DNA of 64,000 bases from Stenotrophomonas sp. (lineage in GTDB: Bacteria > Pseudomonadota > Gammaproteobacteria > Xanthomonadales > Xanthomonadaceae): contig DASWQJ010000174.1 in the NCBI GenBank assembly GCA_036403795.1, forward strand, positions 12,573-76,572. The letters are read 5' to 3'. Under the pieces are notes generated by a model, which was not told where the DNA came from, did not search any database, and saw only the letters and a program-made list of their open reading frames with translations. This document shows positions 8,911 through 18,971 of the stretch, one piece after another (position 1 is the stretch's first letter; each line of letters begins with the position of its first letter). The position numbers and the translations under genes were made by a program.

Positions 8911-9701
8911 AGCAATACCTGGAACTGTTGCGCCACGTGCTCGAGCGCGGTGCCGAGAAATCCGATCGCACCGGTACCGGCACGCGCAGTGTGTTCGGCT
9001 GGCAGATGCGCTTCGACCTGGGCGAAGGCTTTCCGCTGGTCACGACCAAGAAGCTGCACTTGCGCTCCATCGTCCACGAGCTGCTCTGGTTCCTGCAGGG
9101 CGATACCAACACCGCCTACCTGAAGGAAAACAAGGTCGGCATCTGGGACGAGTGGGCGGACGAGAACGGCGACCTCGGGCCGGTCTACGGCAAGCAATGG
9201 CGTCGTTGGCCGGACGGCAAGGGCGGGCATATCGACCAGATGCAATGGCTGGTCGATGAGATCAAGCGCAATCCGGATTCGCGCCGGCTGGTGATCAGTG
9301 CCTGGAACGTGGCCGAACTGCCGCAGATGGCGCTGATGCCCTGCCACAGTCTTTTCCAGTTCTACGTCGTGGACGGCAAGCTGAGCTGCCAGCTTTACCA
9401 GCGCAGCGGCGACATCTTCCTGGGCGTGCCGTTCAACATCGCCAGCTACGCCCTGCTCACCCACATGGTGGCGCAAGCCACTGGCCTGGGCGTGGGCGAC
9501 TTCGTGCACACGTTGGGCGACGCACACCTGTATTCCAATCACTTCGAGCAAGCCCGCGAACAATTGACCCGCGCCCCGCGAGCGCTGCCCACGTTGCGCC
9601 TCAATCCCGAGGTGCGGGATTTGTTCGGATTCCGCTTCGAAGACATCGTGATCGAACACTACGATCCGTATCCGGCCATCAAGGCCCCGGTGGCGGTCTG
9701 A
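8907..9701 (+). CDS. thyA: Thymidylate synthase
   Basis: The GTG start overlaps the lgt stop (GTGA). It reads (M)[14 protein letters not shown]...DRTGTGT...[12 protein letters not shown] (catalytic Cys)...DAHLYSNH...APVAV and is 264 aa, like E. coli ThyA. Confidence 0.95.
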   Translation: MKQYLELLRHVLERGAEKSDRTGTGTRSVFGWQMRFDLGEGFPLVTTKKLHLRSIVHELLWFLQGDTNTAYLKENKVGIWDEWADENGDLGPVYGKQWRRWPDGKGGHIDQMQWLVDEIKRNPDSRRLVISAWNVAELPQMALMPCHSLFQFYVVDGKLSCQLYQRSGDIFLGVPFNIASYALLTHMVAQATGLGVGDFVHTLGDAHLYSNHFEQAREQLTRAPRALPTLRLNPEVRDLFGFRFEDIVIEHYDPYPAIKAPVAV

Positions 9702-10291
9702 TGGCGGCTTCGCCTTCGGTGCGCCTGGTCGTGGCGCTCGATCGCCAACGCGCGATCGGCCGCGACAATGCGTTGGCCTGGCAATTGCCGGATGACCTGA
9801 AACACTTCAAGGCCGTGACCCTGGGCAAACCCGTATTGATGGGGCGCCGCACTGCCGAGTCACTGGGCCGCGCGCTGCCGGGACGCACCAACCTGGTCAT
9901 GACGCGTTCGGGCCACGCGCCGTTCGAGGGCATGGCCGCGGTGGCCGACGTCCAACAGGCATTGGCGATCGCCACCGAGCTGGGCGCAGAAGCGCTCTGC
10001 GTGATCGGCGGCGGCGAGATCTACCGCCAGACGCTGCCGCTGGCGGAGGTGCTGCAGGTGACTCACGTCGATACGGTCATCGAGCGGGCCGACACGTTTT
10101 TTCCGTCATGGGAGCCGACCCAATGGCAGGCCGTGTCACGCCAGCCGCATCCGGCCGATGCCAGGCATGCATTTGCGTTCGAGTTCGTCGAGTATCGCCG
10201 CACCGCCCATCGGCCTGAGACCGTGCCAGGTGCTCGTGCCGGCGCGACCGGTGGACCGGCCAGGCCTGAAAAGCATGCACTGATGCCCTGA
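9701..10291 (+). CDS. folA: Dihydrofolate reductase
   Basis: The ATG shares a base with the thyA stop (TGATG). DHFR blocks present: VALDRQRAIGRDNALAWQLPDDLKHFK, LMGRRT, VIGGGEIY. The C-terminal tail is longer than in E. coli FolA. Confidence 0.9.
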   Translation: MAASPSVRLVVALDRQRAIGRDNALAWQLPDDLKHFKAVTLGKPVLMGRRTAESLGRALPGRTNLVMTRSGHAPFEGMAAVADVQQALAIATELGAEALCVIGGGEIYRQTLPLAEVLQVTHVDTVIERADTFFPSWEPTQWQAVSRQPHPADARHAFAFEFVEYRRTAHRPETVPGARAGATGGPARPEKHALMP

Positions 10292-10316
10292 CTGGATAGC
10301 CGGCCAGCTGCCGTGC

Positions 10317-11279
10317 TCAGCCTTCCTGCTTGCCCTGTGGCATCGCGGGTGCTGGGTCGCGGCGCGGTCCGTTCGTGTTGGCGGGGCGATTTCCCTGCGG
10401 TGGCCGATTGCCCTGCGGTCGCCGGGGCGGGTGCGAGCGCGGCGCCGGTGGCGGCCCGTCGACCTCGCGACCGGGAACCTGCAGGACGCGCAGCTCTTCG
10501 GTATCCAGTTGCAACGCGGTGAGCTTGCCGCCCCATACCGCGCCCGTGTCGATCGCGTGCACGCCCTGGGTGATCGTCAGGCCCAGCGTGGACCAATGGC
10601 CGCAGACGACCTTGAGGTCGCGCTCGACGCGCCCCGGCACTTCGAACCACGGGTACAGGCCCTGCGCCTGCGTCCCGGGCGTGCCTTTGTCTTCATTGCT
10701 GATGCGGCCGCGCGGCGTGCAATAGCGCATGCGCGTGAGCAGGTTGATGATGGCGCGGCTTCGGTCGTGGCCACTCAATCCTGGCGACCATCCGGGCCGA
10801 TCGCCGTACATGTTGCGCAACAACTTGCGATAACCGTTGCCCTGCAATTGCACTTCCACTTCGCGTGCATGTTTCTCGGCCAGCTGGGTGGTCCACTTCG
10901 GCGCCAGGCCAGCGTGCACCATCATCCAGCCCAGGGCGCGGTCGACGTGCACCAGCTTCTGCATCCGTAGCCAATCGAGCAGCACATCGCGATCTTCGGC
11001 GGTCACGACCCGCAACAGGTCCGGGTTGACCTTGCGCTGCTCTTCTTCCGAACGCGCACCGACCGCCAACAGCGACAGGTCGTGGTTACCCAGCACGACC
11101 ACGCTTTGGTCGCGCAACGAATGCACCAGGCGCAGGGTCTCCAGCGACTGGCCGCCGCGATTGACCAGGTCGCCACAGAACCACAGCCGATCTTGCGCGG
11201 GGTCGAAGCGGATCTTTTCCAGCAGGCGCTGGGTGACGTCATAGCATCCCTGCAGGTCGCCGATGGCCCAGACACTCAT
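10317..11279 (-). CDS. apaH: Bis(5'-nucleosyl)-tetraphosphatase, symmetrical, with a Pro/Arg-rich C-terminal tail
   Basis: MSVWAIGDLQGCYD...GDLVNRGG...VLGNHD metallophosphatase motifs. It is last in the lptD-surA-pdxA-rsmA-apaG-apaH array. About 40 extra C-terminal residues are present. Confidence 0.93.
   Translation of the reverse strand: MSVWAIGDLQGCYDVTQRLLEKIRFDPAQDRLWFCGDLVNRGGQSLETLRLVHSLRDQSVVVLGNHDLSLLAVGARSEEEQRKVNPDLLRVVTAEDRDVLLDWLRMQKLVHVDRALGWMMVHAGLAPKWTTQLAEKHAREVEVQLQGNGYRKLLRNMYGDRPGWSPGLSGHDRSRAIINLLTRMRYCTPRGRISNEDKGTPGTQAQGLYPWFEVPGRVERDLKVVCGHWSTLGLTITQGVHAIDTGAVWGGKLTALQLDTEELRVLQVPGREVDGPPPAPRSHPPRRPQGNRPPQGNRPANTNGPRRDPAPAMPQGKQEG
10387..10422 (-). repeat. 18-bp tandem repeat inside the apaH 3' extension
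   Basis: The units cgatttccctgcggtggc and cgattgccctgcggtcgc are 16/18 identical. They encode the RRPQGN/RPPQGN repeat of the ApaH tail. Confidence 0.85.
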
Positions 11280-11292
11280 GCGATGGTCCTCA

Positions 11293-11676
11293 TCAGTGCA
11301 GCGTCCTGGGCGTGTTCAGTAGAAAGGGAGTGATCGGCGCGCTGAAGGTCGTGCCGTCGTCGGCGAGCAGGTCGTAACTGCCCTGCATGCTGCCTTCGTC
11401 GGTGTCCAGCAGTACGGCCGAGGTGTAGCGGAAATCCTCGCCCGGGCGCAGCCACGGCTGCTCGCCAACCACGCCATCGCCGTCGACATACTCGACCCGG
11501 CCATTGCCATGCCGGATCTCCCAGTGACGGGCAATCAGCCGAGCGCCGACCTGGCCGGTATTGCGGATATGGATCGTGTAGGCGAACGCATAGCGTCCCT
11601 CGGCGGGAAGCGATTGATCGTCCAGGAAACGAGGGGATACCTGGACCTGGACCTGGTAGCGCGAAGCGTCTTGCAT
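11293..11676 (-). CDS. apaG: ApaG (DUF525) protein
   Basis: 127 aa with [13 protein letters not shown]...RHWEI...G..VVGEQP, typical of ApaG. The position is conserved between rsmA and apaH. Confidence 0.9.
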   Translation of the reverse strand: MQDASRYQVQVQVSPRFLDDQSLPAEGRYAFAYTIHIRNTGQVGARLIARHWEIRHGNGRVEYVDGDGVVGEQPWLRPGEDFRYTSAVLLDTDEGSMQGSYDLLADDGTTFSAPITPFLLNTPRTLH

Positions 11677-11711
11677 GGCCGGAGTGTAAGCAAAGCGTAG
11701 GGGAGGGCGCG

Positions 11712-12524
11712 TCAAGCCACGACGACGTTGGCCAGGCGGATGAAGTCGCCCACTTTCAACTGCTCGGCGCGGGCATCGGGCCGCACATCGGCTGCCTCGA
11801 AGTGGCGTGCGTCGCAAACATTGGAAAGGGCATTGCGCAGTGTCTTGCGACGTTGGCCGAACGCGGCGCGAACCACCTCGGCGAAACGTGCCCGGTCCTG
11901 GATGCCGATCTGGCCGGGGTCGCGGGGAATCAGTCGGGCCACCGCCGAATCCACCTTGGGAGGTGGTCGAAAAGCACCCGGCGGCACCACAAACAGCGAG
12001 TGCACTTCGCACGAGGCCTGCAGCATGACGCTGAGACGTCCATACACCTTGCTGCCGGGGCCGGCGGCCATGCGGTCCACCACTTCCTTTTGCAGCATGA
12101 AATGCATGTCGGCGATCGCGCCGGCATGTTCAAGCGCGTGGAACAGGATCGGTGAAGAGATGTTGTAGGGCAGGTTGCCGACCAGCCGCAGCTTGCCGCC
12201 CGCGGCCAGCGCGGTGAAGTCCACCTTCAGCACATCGCGATGGATGATGGTCAGCTCACCCAGCGGGGCAGTGGCGGCGGTCAGCGGGGCGATCAGGTCG
12301 CGATCGAATTCGATCACCGTCAGCTCGCCATGCCGGCGCAGCAGCGGCAGGGTGATGGCCCCTTGGCCGGGCCCGATCTCGACCAGCCGTTCGCCCGGGC
12401 GCGGATCCACCGCCTGCACGATGCGGTCGATGTAGTACCGATCGGCCAGGAAATGCTGGCCCAGGGATTTCTTGGCGGGCGCGCCGAAGCCAATGTCTGA
12501 GGCGGGTGGGGTCGTGCGAGTCAT
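11712..12524 (-). CDS. rsmA: 16S rRNA (adenine1518/1519-N6)-dimethyltransferase
   Basis: [20 protein letters not shown] (SAM site) and [11 protein letters not shown] blocks are present. Confidence 0.93.
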   Translation of the reverse strand: MTRTTPPASDIGFGAPAKKSLGQHFLADRYYIDRIVQAVDPRPGERLVEIGPGQGAITLPLLRRHGELTVIEFDRDLIAPLTAATAPLGELTIIHRDVLKVDFTALAAGGKLRLVGNLPYNISSPILFHALEHAGAIADMHFMLQKEVVDRMAAGPGSKVYGRLSVMLQASCEVHSLFVVPPGAFRPPPKVDSAVARLIPRDPGQIGIQDRARFAEVVRAAFGQRRKTLRNALSNVCDARHFEAADVRPDARAEQLKVGDFIRLANVVVA

Positions 12525-12580
12525 CGCGGGAATTCTAGTGGCTGCGGCGTGACTTGCGGCGAAATTGCGCCGACAAGGCC

Positions 12581-13570
12581 TCAGCGGGGACGCAGGCGGC
12601 GGCGCTGTCCGGCCAGTCGTGCACACAATTGCGTTGCGGCAAACAAGCTGGACGGGTCGGCGATCCCGCGGCCTGCCAGGTCCAGGGCGGTGCCATGGTC
12701 GACTGCAACGCGAGGGTAGGGCAGGCCCAGCGTGATGTTCACCGCCTGCTCGAAGCCGCTGTACTTGAGCACCGGCAGCCCCTGGTCGTGGTACATCGCC
12801 ACCACCACGTCGAACTCGGCCAGCTTGCGCGGCAAGAAGGCCGTGTCGGCCGGCAGGGGACCGATGAGGTGCATTCCTTCGGCCCTGAGCACTTCCAGGG
12901 CAGGAATGACGATGTCCAGCTCTTCGCGGCCCAGGTGACCGTCTTCGCCCGCGTGCGGATTGAGGCCCAGCACGGCGATGCGCGGCGATGCCAGCCCGAA
13001 ATCGTCCCGCAGGGCTCGCCAGGTGATCCGAAGGCAGCGCGTCAGCGCCTGGGCGGTGATCGCGTCGGCCACCGAGCGCAGCGGCAAATGGGTAGTCACC
13101 AGGGCGACGCGGACGATGTCGTTGGCCAGCATCATCACCACCTCGCGTCCGGCCTGCGTGGCCAGCAACTCGGTGGTGCCGGTGTAGGCGATTCCGCCTT
13201 CGTTGATGACCGCTTTGTGCACCGGACCGGTGACGATGCCGTCGGCTCGGCCTGCCAGGCAGGCGCCCGCGGCATCGAGCAGGGCGGCGATCACGGCAGG
13301 GGCGTTGGCTGGATCCGGATGGCCGGGGCGGCTGCGCTGGGCCAGCGGGACGGGTTGCAGGGCCATTTCGCCCGGCAGGCGCGCGCTGCGATCAGGCGGC
13401 AGCAGGTGCAGTGGCAGACCCAGCGCGGCAGCGGCCGCGGTCAGCGTGGCCGGGTCGGCGTAGGTCACCAGATGGCAATCCTGGCGCGGTTGCTGCGCCA
13501 GGCGGACACACAGTTCCGGCCCGATCCCTGCCGGCTCGCCCGGTACCAGCGCGAGCGTGGGCAGGTCCAT
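12581..13570 (-). CDS. pdxA: 4-hydroxythreonine-4-phosphate dehydrogenase
   Basis: GEPAGIGPE, TGPVHK, LNPHAGE, AMYHDQGL and VDHGTA blocks are present. Confidence 0.93.
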   Translation of the reverse strand: MDLPTLALVPGEPAGIGPELCVRLAQQPRQDCHLVTYADPATLTAAAAALGLPLHLLPPDRSARLPGEMALQPVPLAQRSRPGHPDPANAPAVIAALLDAAGACLAGRADGIVTGPVHKAVINEGGIAYTGTTELLATQAGREVVMMLANDIVRVALVTTHLPLRSVADAITAQALTRCLRITWRALRDDFGLASPRIAVLGLNPHAGEDGHLGREELDIVIPALEVLRAEGMHLIGPLPADTAFLPRKLAEFDVVVAMYHDQGLPVLKYSGFEQAVNITLGLPYPRVAVDHGTALDLAGRGIADPSSLFAATQLCARLAGQRRRLRPR

Positions 13571-13574
13571 GGGC

Positions 13575-14945
13575 TTACGGCTTGGGTTGGTCCGGAGCCG
13601 CAGGCTGCGGGGCCGGAGCGGCGCTGGCATTGTTGTCGGCGCGGTCGCCGACACGGAAGCTGACGTAGGCTTCGCCGCGCTGTTCCTGCAGGAAGCGGTT
13701 GTATTCCTCTTCCAGCTTGCGACGACCGATGGTCTCGCGAACCTGCGACCGCTGGCTCTGATCACCGGTGTCGGTCTCGCGACGGCCTTCGACCTGCAAG
13801 ATGTGCCAGCCTGCGTCGGTACGGAACGGCTGCGAAACCTGGCCATCGTTCAGCGCCGACACCTGGCGGCCGAAATCCGGACCGAAAGCGTCCGCCGGGA
13901 ACCAGCCCAGGTCACCGCCCTGGCCACGGCTGTTCGTATCTTCCGAGGACTCCTTGGCCACGGCCTGGAAGTCCGCACCACCTTCGATGCGGGCACGCAG
14001 GGTGTCGATCTTGGCCTTGGCCTGGGCTTCTGTCTGGCTCGGGGTCGTGCGAACCAGGATGTGGCGTGCGTGGTACTCGGTGACCATGTTCTTCTGGGCA
14101 CCTTCGCTTTCGCGGATCTCGACCAGCTTCAGCAGCTGGAAGCCGCTGGGGCCGCGCAGCGGACCGGCCACCTGGCCTGCCTGCATGTCCTTGACCAGCG
14201 TCGCGAACGCGTTGGGGATCTCGTCCAGGCTGCGCCAGCCGAGGTCGCCACCTTCCAGTGCATTGGGGCTGTCGGAATAGCGGACGGCGGCGGCGGCGAA
14301 GTCCAGCTCACCCTTGTCCACCAACGTCTTGACGCCATCGATCTTCTGCTGGCCCGTCGCGATCTGTTCTGCGTTGGCGCCTTCCGGCAAGCCCACCAGG
14401 ATATGCGCCAAGTGGAACTGGCGCCCGCCGGAGGACTGCTGTGCCAGGGCGGCATCGACTTCGCCTTCGCTGACCACGATGCGGCTCTGCGCGAAGCTCT
14501 GGCGCAGGCGCTGGACCGTGATTTCCTCGCGGACCGAGTTGCGGAAGTCGTTGTAGGACAAGCCGTCGGCCGCCAGCTTCTGGCGCAGGCCGTCCACGCT
14601 GGTGCCGTTCTGCTGGGCGATGCTGGCAATCGCGCGATTGAGCTCTTCATCCGTTACACGGATACCGCTGCCCTCTGCGCGACCCACCTGCAATTTGACC
14701 AGCACCAGGCGTTCGAGGACCTGGCGCTGCAGCACGTCCGGCGGCGGCAACTGGTTCTCGCGGCCGGCGTACTGGGAGCGTACGTTGACCAGTGCCCGGT
14801 CCAGTTCGCTCTGCAGGATCACGTCTTCATCGACGATCGCCGCAATGCGGTCCAAGGGCTGTGAGGTCTGAGCCGATGCCACCGGCGGGAGAGCGCTGGA
14901 CAAGGCCAGCAGCGAGGCAAGGAAAGCTGGGATCAGTCGGCTCAT
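13575..14945 (-). CDS. surA: Periplasmic chaperone / peptidyl-prolyl isomerase SurA
   Basis: Signal peptide, an N-terminal chaperone region (DRIAAIVDEDVILQSEL) and two parvulin domains (HILV...GGDLGW twice). Confidence 0.92.
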   Translation of the reverse strand: MSRLIPAFLASLLALSSALPPVASAQTSQPLDRIAAIVDEDVILQSELDRALVNVRSQYAGRENQLPPPDVLQRQVLERLVLVKLQVGRAEGSGIRVTDEELNRAIASIAQQNGTSVDGLRQKLAADGLSYNDFRNSVREEITVQRLRQSFAQSRIVVSEGEVDAALAQQSSGGRQFHLAHILVGLPEGANAEQIATGQQKIDGVKTLVDKGELDFAAAAVRYSDSPNALEGGDLGWRSLDEIPNAFATLVKDMQAGQVAGPLRGPSGFQLLKLVEIRESEGAQKNMVTEYHARHILVRTTPSQTEAQAKAKIDTLRARIEGGADFQAVAKESSEDTNSRGQGGDLGWFPADAFGPDFGRQVSALNDGQVSQPFRTDAGWHILQVEGRRETDTGDQSQRSQVRETIGRRKLEEEYNRFLQEQRGEAYVSFRVGDRADNNASAAPAPQPAAPDQPKP

Positions 14946-17350
14946 GGAATCTGGTTCGGATCGTAATCGTCCGGATCGGTCGTGGTGTTGCTGGGCGGGA
15001 CCAGGTACAGGTCGTCGCGGTAATAGCCGAGAATAGCACGGCGCAAGGTGCGCTCCGTGTTCTGGCCAGCCGAGCCCAGTCCCTTGAGCACGAACTCCAG
15101 CTGGATGGAGTTGTTCATCTCGCCCTCGCGGTTGCGAACGTAGCGACGTCCCAGCACCCGGACCGCCAGGCAGCAGCTGTCCCACTGAACGCCGCCGATG
15201 ATTTCCAGCGGCTTTTGGTCCAGCAGCGAATAGTAGTAGCGCCCGACCACGCTCCAGGTGGGGTTGATCGGGTACAGGAACGAGAAATCGGCCTGTTCAA
15301 GCTGGTCGGTGTTGTCGTAGGTGTTGCGACGGTAGCGGTAGGCCAGGTTGATGATGCCGTCGTTGTCCAGCAGGTAGCGCGTGCGGATGCTGGCCAGGTC
15401 TTCCTTGCGATAGTTCGGGTTCCACTGGTAGGTGGCGCCCAAGGTCCAGCGGTCGTTGAGCAGGTAATTGACGTCGGCTACCCACGCCGACTTGCCCTGC
15501 TCGACCGGCGGTTCGCTACTGTTGAGGGTGACCTGCGAATCCTCGAAATAGAAGATCTGGCCAATGCTGGCCGACAACTTCTCGCGGCCGTCGGACTGGC
15601 GCAGCAGCCGGGTGGTCACGGCAGCGGTGAGCTGGTTGGCGTCGTTCTGCCGATCGCCACCGGTGTAGCGGCTATCGCGAAACAGCTGGCCCCAGCTGAA
15701 GGTGAAGGCGCGCGTGTCGAACAGCGGCAGGTCGTCCTGGTCGCGGTACGGGGTATTGAGGTAGTACAGCCGCGGCTCGAGGGTATGCAGGTAGCGGGTG
15801 CGGCCAATGGTCGTGTCGCGATCGAAGAACAGGCCTACATCCACGCTGGTGATGGGCATGCTGCGGGTGGGGGAGCGGTCGCCGCTGCCGCCACTGGCGC
15901 GCAACTGCTCCGCCAGTTCGCGATCGAGCTGGTAAGCCGTGTAGCGCCAGGCCAGGGTGGGAGTGATATACCAGGCAGCGCCCGACAACGGGAAGGAAAT
16001 ATAGGGCTTTACATCGAGCCGGTTGCCGCCCGGCATCTCGGTGACTTCGCCGGTGCGCACGTATTCGCCGTCGGCGTCGATGGTCTTGGCATGCACATCG
16101 CCATGGACGAAACGCACGGCCTCGGCGTAGACGCCTGCCTCGAACCACCGTCCGAAGGGCTGGTTCCAATTGAAAAACGCGCGCGGCTGGCGGTTGTAGG
16201 GCAGCGCGGCCTCGGTCAAGGTGTAGTCGGTCAGCTGCCAGTAGTCGGCCATCAGGCCGGCGTTCCAGTAGTTGCCGGTGCCGTAAACGCCGACGGTGCT
16301 CTGCAGGTTGGAGACCGCCACGCCATTGAGGCGGCTGGAGAAGTCCTCGGTATAGCGCTCGTCACTCACCCAGGCCACGTTTGCGCGTGCCTGCCAGTGC
16401 TGGTCGATGTTGTGGTAGCCGGTGTATCCGACGCGACCGCGATCTTTGTCGCGCAGCTTGTCGTTGGGCATGTAGGCCGTATGCAGCTCGCCGCGACCGC
16501 CCTCGTAGAGGTAGCGGAATTCGTTGTCGAGCATGAAGCCGCGCTCGGTCATGATGCGCGGGTAGATCGTGTCGTCGTAGTTCGGCGCCAGGTTCAGATA
16601 GATCGGCTGGGTGTAGTCGAAGCCGTTGCGTCCGGAGATGCTCAGCTGCGGATACAGCAGGCCGGTCTGCCGGCGATCATCGATCGGAAACTTGAACCAG
16701 GGCATGTAGAGCACCGGCACCTTGCCGATCTGCAACACCGCGTTGCGGGCCGTGCCGAAGCCTTCTTCGTTGTCGACGTCGATTTCCGGCGCTTTCAGCT
16801 GCCACACCACTTGCGAGGGATCACAGGTGGTGTAGGTGGAGTGGTGCATCTGCCCGACCGAGCCCTGCAGGTCCACGGTCCGGGCGCCGCCGCTGCCGCG
16901 GCGATCCACCAACTGGTAACGGATGTCGGTGACCTTGTGGGTATCGGTGTCCTGGTTGCCCTCGGCACGATCGGCCACCATTCGGAACGAGGAGTCCTGG
17001 TAGCGGACATCGCCCTCGGCGATGTAATTGCCGCTTTCGGTATCCATGCGCAGGCTGTCGGCATGCAGGAACTGGTCGCCGCGCTTGAGGGTCACGTTGC
17101 CCTGGTACTGCGGCATCGTTTCGGTGCCGCTGAGCTCATCGCCCTCGACGTCGGTGGGCAATTGCTGGCGGGTATCGGCAAGGGCCTTGTCCGCGGGCGG
17201 GGCCTGTTCGAATCCGGGAAGTGGGATCACGGCCGGGCACAGATCCCACTTCAACGGCTTTTCGTCGGCCATTGCCGGTAGGCAGATGGCGATGCTCAGG
17301 GGTAGGGGCAGCAGGCGAAGAGCTCGGCGCACGCGGATGGGGATCGACAT
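14942..17350 (-). CDS. lptD: LPS-assembly outer-membrane protein LptD
   Basis: About 800-aa beta-barrel protein with a signal peptide and an OstA-like N-domain (GNVTLKRGDQFLHADSL). The ATGA overlap with surA is conserved synteny. An alternative start lies at 17392. Confidence 0.92.
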   Translation of the reverse strand: MSIPIRVRRALRLLPLPLSIAICLPAMADEKPLKWDLCPAVIPLPGFEQAPPADKALADTRQQLPTDVEGDELSGTETMPQYQGNVTLKRGDQFLHADSLRMDTESGNYIAEGDVRYQDSSFRMVADRAEGNQDTDTHKVTDIRYQLVDRRGSGGARTVDLQGSVGQMHHSTYTTCDPSQVVWQLKAPEIDVDNEEGFGTARNAVLQIGKVPVLYMPWFKFPIDDRRQTGLLYPQLSISGRNGFDYTQPIYLNLAPNYDDTIYPRIMTERGFMLDNEFRYLYEGGRGELHTAYMPNDKLRDKDRGRVGYTGYHNIDQHWQARANVAWVSDERYTEDFSSRLNGVAVSNLQSTVGVYGTGNYWNAGLMADYWQLTDYTLTEAALPYNRQPRAFFNWNQPFGRWFEAGVYAEAVRFVHGDVHAKTIDADGEYVRTGEVTEMPGGNRLDVKPYISFPLSGAAWYITPTLAWRYTAYQLDRELAEQLRASGGSGDRSPTRSMPITSVDVGLFFDRDTTIGRTRYLHTLEPRLYYLNTPYRDQDDLPLFDTRAFTFSWGQLFRDSRYTGGDRQNDANQLTAAVTTRLLRQSDGREKLSASIGQIFYFEDSQVTLNSSEPPVEQGKSAWVADVNYLLNDRWTLGATYQWNPNYRKEDLASIRTRYLLDNDGIINLAYRYRRNTYDNTDQLEQADFSFLYPINPTWSVVGRYYYSLLDQKPLEIIGGVQWDSCCLAVRVLGRRYVRNREGEMNNSIQLEFVLKGLGSAGQNTERTLRRAILGYYRDDLYLVPPSNTTTDPDDYDPNQIP

Positions 17351-17462
17351 GAAAACGGCCGTTAGCTTGCCGCATAGGCTGCATGGGGGCAATGAAGACC
17401 CGGAGCGCGTGCGGGACGGGATTCATCGGTGGGGCAGCGGGAATGCTGGCCGGCTCGCCGGC

Positions 17463-18371
17463 TCAACGTAGCGCCCGCACGTGGGCCAGGGCGCTTTCGC
17501 GCAAGCCCTGCAAGTCGTAGCCGCCTTCCAGCATCGAGACGATGCGCCCCCTGGCATGGCGCTCGGCGACTTGACGAAGCTCGGCCGTGACCCAGCCGAA
17601 ATCCTCGGCCTCAAGCATGAGGTCGGCCTGTGGATCGCGCATGTGGGCATCGAAGCCGGCCGAGATCAGTACCAGCTGCGGCTTGAACGCCTCAAGCAAG
17701 GGCAGCATCTGGTCGGCCCAGGTGTTGCGGAAACGAAACCCGCCGCTGCCCGGCGGGAGTAGCGCGTTGTGGACATTGCCCACGCCTCGCTCGTAGACGC
17801 CGCCGGAGTGCGGATAGAGCCCGGATTCGTGCGTGCTCAGGTATTGAACCCCGGGTTCGCGCTCAAAGATCGCCTGCGTGCCGTTGCCGTGGTGGACGTC
17901 GAAGTCCACGATCGCCACCCGTTCCAGTCCGTGCTTGTCCCGTGCATGGGCGGCGGCCACGGCAATATTGTTGAAAAGGCAAAAACCCATGGCCGTGGCG
18001 GCGGTGGCATGGTGGCCGGGGGGGCGCACCGCGCAAAAGGCGATCGGGTCGGTGCCGGTCATGACCGCATCGACCGCGGCTACCCCGGCGCCGGCGGCCC
18101 GCAATGCGGCCGCGGGCGAGCCGGGCGACATCACGGTGTCCACGTCGAGCATGCGATGCCCGTCGGCCGGGCCATCGAGCACCAGGTCGATCAGCTCGCG
18201 CTCGTGTACCCGGCATAGATCGCCGAGCTTGGCCAGCGGCGCCTCACGCCAGTCCAGGTCCGGGCAGCCTTCGCGCAACGCCTGGACGACCGCTGCAAGG
18301 CGTTCGGGGGATTCGGGATGGTCCGGGCCCGGGTCGTGCCCCAGGCAGGCGGGATGGGTAAAGACCAGCAT
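17463..18371 (-). CDS. Histone deacetylase-family (acetylpolyamine/acetoin-utilisation type) hydrolase
   Basis: RPPGHHA, DFDVHHGNGTQ and EGGY motifs of the Zn-dependent HDAC fold are present. Confidence 0.88.
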   Translation of the reverse strand: MLVFTHPACLGHDPGPDHPESPERLAAVVQALREGCPDLDWREAPLAKLGDLCRVHERELIDLVLDGPADGHRMLDVDTVMSPGSPAAALRAAGAGVAAVDAVMTGTDPIAFCAVRPPGHHATAATAMGFCLFNNIAVAAAHARDKHGLERVAIVDFDVHHGNGTQAIFEREPGVQYLSTHESGLYPHSGGVYERGVGNVHNALLPPGSGGFRFRNTWADQMLPLLEAFKPQLVLISAGFDAHMRDPQADLMLEAEDFGWVTAELRQVAERHARGRIVSMLEGGYDLQGLRESALAHVRALR

Positions 18372-18409
18372 GCGGGCACTCTAGCGTGTCGCTGCGCCTG
18401 GCGGCGCGC

Positions 18410-18967
18410 TCAGGCGCGACGATGCTGGTGTTGCCACAGCACCTCGCCGTGGCCAGCGGCCCGGGCCAGTACGCGGGCAAGGACGAACAGCAGGTCGGAC
18501 AGCCGGTTGAGATAGCCGATGGCCTCGGCGCGCACAGGCTCGTGCCGCGAGAGCGCGACGGTTTCTCGCTCGGCGCGGCGCACGATCGTGCGGGCCAGGT
18601 GGCACCGGGCGGCCGCCTCGCCACCGGCGGGCAGGATGAAATCCTTCAGCGGCGGCAGGTGGTCGTTGAACGCATCCAGGCGCGTTTCCAGCCACTGGAT
18701 GTCATCGGCCGATATCGCCGCGTGCCCGGGAATGCACAGCTCGCCGCCCAGGTCGAACAGCTGGTGCTGGATGGCGGTCAGCAGGACGGTGATCTCTTCG
18801 CTCAGGCCGGGCGCCGCCAGCAACAGCCCGATCGACGAGTTGGCTTCGTCCACGGTGCCGTAGGCGTTGACCCTCAGCGCATCCTTGCCGGTCCGGCTGC
18901 CGTCGCCCAACCCGGTGCTGCCGTCGTCGCCGGTGCGGGTGTAGATCTTCGAAAGCCGATGACCCAT
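18410..18967 (-). CDS. PduO-type ATP:cob(I)alamin adenosyltransferase
   Basis: LSKIYTRTGDDGSTGL N-terminus, and the LFDLGGEL and LKDFILPGG blocks typical of PduO/MMAB-type enzymes. Confidence 0.88.
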   Translation of the reverse strand: MGHRLSKIYTRTGDDGSTGLGDGSRTGKDALRVNAYGTVDEANSSIGLLLAAPGLSEEITVLLTAIQHQLFDLGGELCIPGHAAISADDIQWLETRLDAFNDHLPPLKDFILPAGGEAAARCHLARTIVRRAERETVALSRHEPVRAEAIGYLNRLSDLLFVLARVLARAAGHGEVLWQHQHRRA

Positions 18968-18971
18968 GGCC

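Noticed and set aside
12554-14864. 369-aa and 435-aa plus-strand ORFs (12554-13663 and 13557-14864)
   Set aside because: They are antisense to pdxA and surA, which are unambiguous. Both are shadow ORFs.
17206-17215. tRNA T-loop-like string gttcgaatcc
   Set aside because: It lies inside the lptD coding region and has no flanking acceptor or anticodon stems. No intergenic region in the window is tRNA-like.
14792-17281. 829-aa ORF on the plus strand
   Set aside because: It lies entirely antisense to lptD, whose translation has a signal peptide, an OstA-like domain and a beta-barrel character. The plus-strand product is Ala/Gly/Val/Arg-rich with no motifs. This is a typical high-GC shadow ORF.
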